Origin: Octopus bimaculoides
Lineage: Eukaryota
Reading direction: 5' to 3'
DNA: 64,000 nt
Assembly: GCF_001194135.2 (NCBI RefSeq)
Contig: NC_068986.1
Location: 8,153,583 to 8,217,582, forward strand
Shown: piece by piece, positions 54,711 to 64,000 of the stretch
How positions within the stretch are numbered: the first letter of the stretch is position 1
Layout of the letters: every line of letters starts with the position of its first letter
Made by a program: the position numbers and the translations under genes
The notes under the pieces: model-generated
What the model was told of the DNA's origin: nothing
Seen by the model: the letters and a program-made list of their open reading frames with translations, nothing else
Database searches by the model: none

Positions 54711-54924
54711 ATTCTTTTCTACTCTAGGCAAAAGGTCTGAAATTTTGGGGGGAAGGGGCCAGTCGATTAGATTGGCCCAAGTACGCAACTGGTACTAAAT
54801 TTATCGACCCCGAAATGATGTACGGAAAGATGAGCATGGCGGAATTCGAACTCATACCGTAAAGACAGACGAAATACCGCTAAGAATTTCGCCCGGTATG
54901 CTAATGTTTCTGTCATCTCACCGC
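54711..54924 (-). mobile_element. Nin-type SINE (tail B type)
   Basis: ttcttttctactctagg..ctggtactaaatttatcgaccccgaa..gcggaattcgaactc..gaaataccgctaag.. Confidence 0.8.
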
Positions 54925-54937
54925 AATTTAAAAGCTG

Positions 54938-55058
54938 GATGGATGAAAGGCAAAGTTGACCTGACCTCGGTGGGACGTGAACTCAGAACGTAGCAACGGC
55001 GAAATACCGCTAAACATTTCGTCCAGCGTGCTAACGACTCCTGCCAGCTCGCCGCCTT
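54938..55058 (-). mobile_element. Nin-type SINE head fragment
   Basis: ggatgaaaggcaaagttgac..gaactcagaacgta..gtgctaacgactcctgccagctcgccgcctt. Confidence 0.8.
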
Positions 55059-55149
55059 AATAATAAGTAGCAGAAGTACTCGGGATTCAAATACTACAAT
55101 GTTTCTGATAATAAATAAATTTCCTATGTCATAAATAACGTTAACACCA

Positions 55150-55445
55150 ATTTGTAACAAAATTGGCCACTTATTGTAACAAAATTGTCGCAAATTGTAG
55201 CAAAATTGGTCGCCGGTTAACACTGACGCCAAGCGGTAACAGTTTGATAGGAAGTCGTGAGAAGAACTTTAATGCATTTTCAGGTTATGTAACAACCACG
55301 GGTGAAGTAAACCTGGAAAGGGCTTTTTTGTCGTTCTCACAGCGGTAACAATTTGATAAGAAGCTCCGATAAGGGTTGTAATGCGTTTTCAGGTTGTGTA
55401 ACAATCGTATGTAAAGTGGCCCTGAAAAGGGGCTTTTTTGTTTAC
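55150..55445. repeat. Three ~22-bp repeats followed by a diverged 109-bp tandem duplication
   Basis: ttgta(a/g)caaaattg at 55152, 55174 and 55195; agcggtaaca..gggcttttttg units start at 55232 and 55341. Confidence 0.8.
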
Positions 55446-56141
55446 ACCGAAAGCAACGGAACTATTGCTGTGAAATATGAAACTCTGTGAAAACAGATGA
55501 CAAACCCAGGTTGGACAAAAGAAAGGAAACATGGTTGAGGAAAGTTAGTTGCTTTGAAATCATGACTAGAGTAGCAACCACATATCAGGTCTGCAAGGCT
55601 GCACTGGTGTAGTGGAGGCATAGAGGTTCACGAATTTGAAAGCAGTTGGTGCGTGAAGTGCCTACAACACCTCTCTCTCTAGACTACAATAATAATAATG
55701 ATAATCTGTAATAGAATTTTTAACTTGACACAAATTTGAAAATATTAAAAGATTTAAAATTTCGGACTTTGTCTTTCGTTCGTTTTATTTCTGTAAACTG
55801 GTTTTAGTTATTTTTGTCGATGCCTACATTTTTCTTCCAAAGTTACGATCAAAATACATCTGGCCATAATCATCCAGTCTTATTTCCAGAAATCGTGGAT
55901 TCATGACGACATAATTCCTTTAATGTGGCAGTGTGAGATTTGGGTGTTATTTCTAGTAGATCAGGTAAAAGGATTTATTTTCACGGTAGTAATATAATAC
56001 GGAGATTTCTGACATAGAAACTGGAGGACGGTTACCGAAAATATCAATATGTTAGACCAACATCTCTAAATAATCCGAACAAAACAGCCATCATATGTCT
56101 CACACATTTATACCATAACGTTATGGATTCAACTATTTGTA

Positions 56142-56341
56142 AGAGAGGGTTTTGAAAAGTTCCTGGCTTTAAGGATGACGTGAAAGGCCTGTTTGGAGGC
56201 CCAAACTTTACAGGGCTTAGAAAAACTGAAGGACTGCTGCAATAAATGTGTGAATCTGAAAGGGGAATAAAATCATGATTAATTGATCTTCCTGCATTTT
56301 GCTTTTTTACCCAAAGCCAGGAATTTTTCAGCACTCCCTCG
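56142..56341 (+). mobile_element. 200-bp internally deleted mariner (MITE-like) with TA TSD
   Basis: 29-bp TIRs matching 23/29, TA at 56140-41 and 56342-43; internal GLEKLKDCCNKCVNLKGE* resembles the mariner C-terminus (GIxKLxxRWxKCVxxxG). Confidence 0.8.
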
Positions 56342-56521
56342 TATATATGTACAATTAATTACCTGCCTAGCTTTCTCTATTTCACCCCCTCTCTCTCGCT
56401 CCCCTCTCTTTCTCTCTCCCCCTCTTCCTTTCTCTATCTATCTTCCTATCCCACTCATTCTTTTTCTTTGTATGTAAACGTGAGAGTGTTCATATCAGCG
56501 TCACTATAACACACACACACA

Positions 56522-56564
<43 letters not shown>

Positions 56565-56862
56565 TTGTCATCGCAGTATCGAACAACATTGCATTGTATG
56601 CGAGTGTGACTCTTTATGACGTGGGAGATTTTAAGTATTCGATCGATACAGATCAATAAAATAACCACCAGACGAAAGTATTGGAACTGTAATAATCGAC
56701 TGCATGTCTGACGGTGAGCTTCGAGATATGACTGCAGTCCAGTGACTGGAACCTATTCTCTATATTTGAATATCTGTAGGTACTGTACATATTCATATCT
56801 ACATATATACATATAAATATATAGTCGTACATGTAGCTTGAGTATGTATATATACGCACGCA

Positions 56863-56893
<31 letters not shown>

Positions 56894-57856
56894 NNNNNNN
56901 NNNNNNNNNNNNNNNNNNNNNNNNNNNNNNNNNNNNNNNNNNNNNNNNNNNNNNNNNNNNNNNNNNNNNNNNNNNNNNNNNNNNNNNNNNNNNNNNNNNN
57001 NNNNNNNNNNNNNNNNNNNNNNNNNNNNNNNNNNNNNNNNNNNNNNNNNNNNNNNNNNNNNNNNNNNNNNNNNNNNNNNNNNNNNNNNNNNNNNNNNNNN
57101 NNNNNNNNNNNNNNNNNNNNNNNNNNNNNNNNNNNNNNNNNNNNNNNNNNNNNNNNNNNNNNNNNNNNNNNNNNNNNNNNNNNNNNNNNNNNNNNNNNNN
57201 NNNNNNNNNNNNNNNNNNNNNNNNNNNNNNNNNNNNNNNNNNNNNNNNNNNNNNNNNNNNNNNNNNNNNNNNNNNNNNNNNNNNNNNNNNNNNNNNNNNN
57301 NNNNNNNNNNNNNNNNNNNNNNNNNNNNNNNNNNNNNNNNNNNNNNNNNNNNNNNNNNNNNNNNNNNNNNNNNNNNNNNNNNNNNNNNNNNNNNNNNNNN
57401 NNNNNNNNNNNNNNNNNNNNNNNNNNNNNNNNNNNNNNNNNNNNNNNNNNNNNNNNNNNNNNNNNNNNNNNNNNNNNNNNNNNNNNNNNNNNNNNNNNNN
57501 NNNNNNNNNNNNNNNNNNNNNNNNNNNNNNNNNNNNNNNNNNNNNNNNNNNNNNNNNNNNNNNNNNNNNNNNNNNNNNNNNNNNNNNNNAACTATTTCGT
57601 AATAGCTTTCTTTCCGTCCATATCTTCCAACAAGTTGCTGCCGCTTTCTTGCCTTTTGCAAATAAAAATGCATGAGGCGTTAATGTTTATTTTCGTTCTC
57701 CATTTTCATGGTGATCCCAAGCACATGAGATACGACCTGTCTCGCGCCAATTTAGCGTAGAACTACGATAAAGTGTCAAGTATCAAACGAGGTACATGCG
57801 CATACTGCAGACTGAAGTTAGCTACTCCATACAGTGCTTGAAGTTTTTTTTTTGAC

Positions 57857-57889
57857 AAAAACCAAAAGGACTTTTGAGCCAATCCAATA
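57857..57889. mobile_element. Solo mariner-like TIR
   Basis: Reverse complement TATTGGATTGGCTCAAAAGTCCTTTTGGTTTT resembles cecropia/elegans-type TIRs; no partner TIR seen. Confidence 0.3.
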
Positions 57890-58462
57890 TATGGGCGTAC
57901 TGTAGAATATTCTTTGACCATAAATATGATGCAGGAATAATACAGAAATTCTGATTCCAATCAGAAGAAACTATTTAAAAATTCTCACTCGTAATTTTGA
58001 TTCTTTTGTTTCAATATTCTACAACACTTCCTCATGTTTGATGAAGAATTTTGGATTCAAATACTGTAAAACGTCTTCATATAATTTGCATTCGGTGCCG
58101 TTCCTGAAGGATATGTTTATACTTATCAGAAATTTTGTTTTTGAATCTTATAAATAGGAATACGTTACTTACATTACCGATACTGCTTAGGTTAATTAAT
58201 TTTGCTAAAGCTATGGCTGGAATTAATGTTTTCAAGACAGATCTGATAATCCGCGTTCGTACATCTAAGATACCCTAGGATAACGCTATTTGTATTTAAA
58301 TATTCGTAAATACTCCTTTTTATGTGTGTGTGGACGCGAGTGACTGAAGTTAACTTACTGCTGTTAATATTCTATTCATTCAGTTTTCACTTGCGGGTAA
58401 TTCCCCGATTTAGGAGAAGGTTACATGAAGGGTGATGACTTTCTGACCATAACCAGCCATAG

Positions 58463-58740
58463 CCACGGAATTGCCTAATAAATGATTTATTGTATAAGTG
58501 TATAGTTAACACATACAATAGATCTTACATAGGTATAACAACCAAAAGGTTTCAACTATCCATTTTGAGAGCCAGTTATGAGGAATACAACAAAGATTTC
58601 GGCTTATATCTGAAAATTAAAAACATCGATTTACACAACTGCTTTCGTTGCTGGACCAGTGATTGTAGCACAGTTCTTAATCCAGAATGTATACTAAACT
58701 TATGAATAAAAGATACACAACTCTGTGCATATAACATTGC
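58463..58740 (+). mobile_element. Decayed Penelope-like GIY-YIG endonuclease fragment
   Basis: RNCLINDLLYKCIVNTYNRSYIGITTKRF (cf. GxCLxxxVVYKAxV..YIGxTxxxFK) and downstream KLMNKR..LCI*H (cf. LLNKRxE..CRH). Confidence 0.5.
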
Positions 58741-58799
58741 ATCAAATTATAAAATTTAAACTATATAACCGATAACCATTTCTTGTTAATGAAACCCAC

Positions 58800-59292
<493 letters not shown>

Positions 59293-59731
59293 AAAGATAC
59301 AAAACATATACGTGTGTATGAGTGTGTGTGAGAGAGAGATAGAGAGTGCGTGCGAGCGTGTGTGTGTGTATGTTTGTGTGTGTGTGTATACATACAATTC
59401 ATGCATTTACAATAATGTGAAGATTTATTTTCCCTTTTTCGGCAGTAGTGCAGCTCTGTTGTGGTAAATATAGTTTTAGTTTTGACAGCCACCAGTTAAC
59501 ATCTTACATATGTTTTATTTAAACGAGTACAATGTTTCACTTTGACAATTTCCTAGAATGTATATTGTGTATATATANNNNNNNNNNNNNNNNNNNNNNN
59601 NNNNNNNNNNNNNNNNNNNNNNNNNNNNNNNNNNNNNNNNNNNNNNNNNNNNNNNNNNNNNNNNNNNNNNNNNNNNNNNNNNNNNNNNNNNNNNNNNNNN
59701 NNNNNNNNNNNNNNNNNNNNNNNNNNNNNNN

Positions 59732-59770
<39 letters not shown>

Positions 59771-59829
59771 TTCAAATTATGACTAATCTTTATAAAAAGA
59801 AATTGATGGAATGATTTTGTTTTTTAAAT

Positions 59830-60290
59830 ATATATTTACAGTTTTGTAGGGACTTTCTGCTTTCTTTCGAATATTTTCCATTGTTTAATAATGATATAAG
59901 GAATATTCCGTAATGCTATTTCCTGATGAAATCCCTTCTTTTTTTCAAACTTTGTTTTCTTCTAATTTTACGAACTATTAAAGAATGAAAAGGATGTTGT
60001 CAGTCTGAAATTGTTTGGAAGACGTCATTACAGAATGTTCCAGTAACATGGAAGTATTAATAGAAGATGTTGTCTTTCATTTCTTCTTTTTATGCCAAGT
60101 ACCGTTTATATTGTTAGAGATGTTATGTTGATGCCATGTTATTTAAATAGCATTCCAGCTATTGTAAAGAAGAACGTTTTCACATTGGGATTTCACTTAG
60201 CAGCAATCTTTGAACAAATAAAATTGTTGATTGGAACCATGTGTGTTTAAGTTGATAAATTCAGAAATAACGACATCTACTTATATTTAG
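59830..60290 (-). mobile_element. Possible decayed CR1/L2-type LINE C-terminal fragment
   Basis: Weak: VDVVISE, KRRNER..YWNIL (cf. RRRER..WKIL), KVPTK. Confidence 0.3.
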
Positions 60291-62295
60291 TCGCTCGGAA
60301 AATATTTGTCGCAAATTTTGGAAATTTCGACTATCAAAATGTTTTTTGTCATTCTTGTCGAAAAGTAGGAAATTAAAGTAAATTTCCTGAACATAAATTG
60401 ACTGTGAAAAGTGAATCATACCATTTGATGATTACAGCGAAAAACTTTGGTAAGTTGTGGAGGGAGAGAGATTTCTATGCCGTTGTTCGACTGGTACAAT
60501 GTAAAAGACAAAACTGTCTTAACAAATTATGTGCTATCTCTATAATGGACACTGATTTTTATGTAGCAAACTTTCGGAAAGTTATCTTCGGAAAGCATGA
60601 CACATATAGAAAGAAAAAGAACACATAATATCTTTTATTTGAACACTTTTCTGTTATGACTTGCTTCACACAAAGACAGTCTCACATCAGTTGGTCCATA
60701 CAGTTTATAATGAGTAACAGCTTTGGAATTTTAAACATTTAAAGATTATTTTCGTCTGATTGTTTTGTTTCAATAGAAATTTGGAAATTCTCTGATTATG
60801 AATCTCTGCTCATCTCTCAAGGAGAAATTTCCGATGTGCTCCCTTCTGTTTCTATTAGCGTTACTACCGTATATAAGCATTGTTGGTCAACAGACACATT
60901 GTGACACTTGCAGATTTGCAGATACAGTAAAAAAGAATATGTTGCAACATTTATAGGTTCTTTGTACCAAAGTAACGTTTTTACCTCCTTATTTCAATTC
61001 TAGATAAATATCGTCAGAACCACTTCTGATGTGGAAATAAATTGTAGACATTTCTGGGATTCTACCAGAATGCTAGCAGGAAAAATATTGATTTACTCTT
61101 ACACAATAAACTTCATGAGAAATACGTTCCATGGCGGTTTAATATTCTCTAACTCAGCCTCCCTTGTTGTAAGTATCATGCATTTTGCTATATCTTTTAT
61201 ATTCCTCATCATGTTTAAAGAAATGATTTGATTATTGATTGATGTTAACGTACTGTAGTTTTTTTCCCTCGTTTCACAATAAGATAGGAACACTTAATTG
61301 AACGGAACTCCATCCCATTCTCTTCTGAATCTGTTGTAACTAGACCAACGCTCTTCATCAAGTAATAGATATTTTCGTAAAACTCCTTCATGTCGTCAAT
61401 CGATTTCTACGAATCGAATTCTTATCACCAAAACAATCAGGTGTCCACTACCAATATAAGCAATCTCAAAGGCAAATTGTCACCTAAAAATTGATCCCAG
61501 CGATGGATAATCTTTCCCGTCTCAATGAAATCATTTTCTTTTTGACTCGATGCCAGTCTGTTATAGCACGTGCCGTCATTGTTGTAGATTTCTGCGTGTT
61601 ATTTACAAGAGTATGTTGTTTTGGTATAACAATAATGCTTAGGAAAATATTCAACCTTGTATACTATATGTTGAACGCAGTCTATGTTAAGTTTCTGCTG
61701 TAAAATAATTCAGTAGTTTTTTTTTTTAAACGAGGTTTTTCCCATTATACTTTCTTTCTAACTATTCAACCATCAGAGAGATGTCTTGCCATTTTACAAT
61801 AATTACATAATTATTGAGATGGTAACTTCAAGAAAAAACGTGCTTAATTTTGATTATATCTTTAAATGAGAACTTGTTTAGCTTTTCCAATGATGCTTTT
61901 CTCGAGATTAACATCAATTTCGTAGTCGTGAATGGCTGTGCTGTTTGTTGAGACATTTTGTGGTATAGCAACTTTAGCTCAAACATAAATAACACTATGG
62001 TCGTGAATGTTTCTTCAATGGATATGATCAGCGGAATAAGCCGTTTATTTGAGGAGATTGCTAGAATTTATTCTGGAGACTCCATGAATATTCGCAATGA
62101 ATAGCATCGCAAGCTAAGCGAGACTATACATATATATGGATATGCATATGCATATATGTGTGTGTGTGCGCGCGCGTGCGTGTGTGTGAGTGTGTGTATG
62201 TATGCACGTATGTATGTATGTATGTATGTGCAAGAATGTGTATCGTCTGTAAAAAACATAAATTCAAAAGAAGCACACTCTAAGATGTAGAGCAG

Positions 62296-63072
62296 TATAT
62301 ATTAAAAATGGGGAAAGCCGGTTTATGGGATCATCCTGGGTTTCCCGTCCATAGAGGGTTTAGCTTTATGGCGTATCATCAGATCTCAAAACTTTGTTGG
62401 CCCAAGACCTATTAATAATATGGAGGAGGAAGAGCTTCACAACTCAAGGGGAACAATTGGGGGTTATCCTCCTTTGCTATTGACTATCGACATCCGGCTG
62501 TGCCACCAACTTGTGGGTTCCAAAAAGCTAGCAAAACCTCCTGAAATGTAAACGTTCCCTGGTTCGAGTGAGTCCTTTAGGATTCTCACACGTTCGGCTA
62601 TGCATAACTTGCAAAGCTTCGTCCAGTTGATATGGAGGCCATGGTACTCGAGGATTTCCATGAGCTCGAGTATGGAATCCCATCGTCTCTTAGTTGCCAG
62701 ACGTGGCCGGTCAGTGATGTCACGTATCTCCTTTCCGGAACTCTGAAGGAGAACCTGTGGTTGGACAGACGTTGCTTGAAATTGTTCCCGGAACATCCAA
62801 CGTTTTTCCGTAGGCGTGTATTGTCGGTGCTGTATCTGTATCTGCTGGTATTGTTGTTGTTGTTGTTGTTGTTGCCACAGACATCGTTGTTGTTGGAGCT
62901 GAGACTACTGGCGTTGGCGTCGCTGGGGGGGGGTGCGTCGGTTATGGCATCGCCACTTCCAGTTAGGCGCTGTTGTTGTTGTTGTTATTGTGGTTCTCGT
63001 CATTGGTGGGAGAGTTGTCATTGCTGCTAGAGGTGTCATTACCCGTGGTTCAGCTGGTGTTTCTGCTAGGGC
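62296..63072 (-). mobile_element. Penelope-like element 3' portion (GIY-YIG domain plus 3' region), left copy
   Basis: From 62801 (minus): VGCSGNNFKQRLSNHRFSFRVPERRYVTSLTGHVWQLRDDGIPYSSSWK, then after a frameshift LCKLCIAERVRIL. This fits YIG..FKxRxxNH..SF..TxLSxHxWxLKD..W..CxLCxxE of Penelope endonucleases. A Thr/Pro-rich tract lies upstream. Confidence 0.85.
62324..62390 (-). ncRNA. Degenerate hammerhead-like motif D in the Penelope 3' region
   Basis: Minus: tgagat-CTGATGA-tacgccata..tatggacgg-GAAAC-ccaggatg-atccca. Core intact, stem I 5/6, cleavage triplet not canonical. Confidence 0.5.
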
Positions 63073-63074
63073 CC

Positions 63075-63474
63075 CAACACCAGCAGATACGAATACAGCA
63101 CCGACAACACACACCTACTGAGATACATTGCATGTTCCGGGAACTCTTTCAAGCAACGCTGGAGAATCTTAAAGGATCACTGGAACCAGGGAACGTCTTT
63201 AACAGTAGAACGGAGATTTTCGGGCCATGTTTACATTTCACGAGGTTCCTGCTAGCTTTTTGGGGGCCCACAAGATGGTGGTGCAGCCGGATGTCGATAG
63301 CCAATAACAAAGGGAAATGATTCCCAATTGTTTCCTTTGAATAGTAAGGCATTTCTTCCTCCATACTTTTAAGAGGTCCTGGGCCAACAGTTTTTGGGAT
63401 CTGACGACATGCTATTATGGACGGCAAAACCTAAGGGAATTCCATAAACAGATCTTCCCCATTTTCGATATACA
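63075..63474 (+). mobile_element. Penelope-like element 3' portion, right copy, inverted relative to the left copy
   Basis: YIACSGNSFKQRW from 63124, an internal deletion, then RILKGSLEPGNVFNSRTEIFGPCLHFTRFLL (cf. LLNxRxEIxxxCRHxxKF); colinear with the reverse complement of 62296-62855. Confidence 0.85.
63393..63446 (+). ncRNA. Degenerate hammerhead-like motif E in the Penelope 3' region
   Basis: tgggat (63395-63400), CTGACGA (63401-07), ..ttatggacgg, CAAAAC (GAAA mutated), ctaaggga, attcca; 6-bp stem I with one G-U pair. Confidence 0.4.
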
Positions 63475-64000
63475 TATATATATACATGTATATGTTAAAG
63501 TGTATGTAAGAGTGCACGTCTGTTCTTTAAGAATGTATGAAACTCATTATCGTCAAGTGTTACACTGATATCGGCTTCTCACATTTCGAAATATTAATGT
63601 CTCCGATTGAGAAGGAACACGTTTGTGCGTCTGTTTCAAAATAAATTGGGAGAATATAGAATATGTTTGCTCTTAATCGAAATATTAAATTACAGATAAA
63701 AATAAGTTAAGAATATTTAAAACTCATTCATGAATATGAATCTCATTTTATGTGCATTGCATTATCACATTTCTACAACTAGGGTTAAGTATATACAAGA
63801 GGAAAACGCAACTTAGATCCCTCCTCGTTTATATAAATATGTATGTGTACATGTGTGTGTGTATGCGCGCGCGAGTGTCTATGTTTGTGGATTAATATCT
63901 ATATATATATATATATATGCATGTATATATGTATGTGGATTTATATATATATATATGTATGTGGATTTATATATATATATATGTATATATTAATGTGTAT

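Noticed and set aside
62464-62796. DIRS-like RT reading of the ORF (LEYHGLHINWTK)
   Set aside because: An alternative frame gives a much more complete Penelope GIY-YIG motif series, confirmed by the second copy.

Overview
Eukaryotic, very AT-rich, microsatellite-dense draft-assembly sequence with 13 N-gaps, most of them next to (TA)n/(TC)n/(TG)n tracts. The SINE families and repeat landscape resemble a coleoid cephalopod, probably Octopus; this is recognition from memory, not a database result. I found no convincing host protein-coding gene, tRNA, rRNA or CRISPR array. Most ORF-track entries are microsatellite or gap artefacts, so the window reads as a large intron or intergenic region full of decayed mobile elements. 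Recognisable elements: mariner and Tc1 transposase relics, a mariner MITE, a hAT-like MITE with an 8-bp TSD, three tRNA-derived SINE families, CR1/L2-type and L1/Tx1-type LINE fragments, several R4/Dong-type (restriction-like endonuclease) LINE ends sitting in (TAA)n tracts, and Penelope-like (GIY-YIG) relics. The most interesting signal is two head-to-head inverted repeat pairs (about 11.5-13.0 kb and 62.3-63.5 kb) whose outward-pointing 3' ends each carry a degenerate type I hammerhead-ribozyme-like motif. The second pair is clearly Penelope-like coding sequence. A further solo hammerhead candidate lies at 52.2 kb. All motif calls were made by eye and no searches were run.
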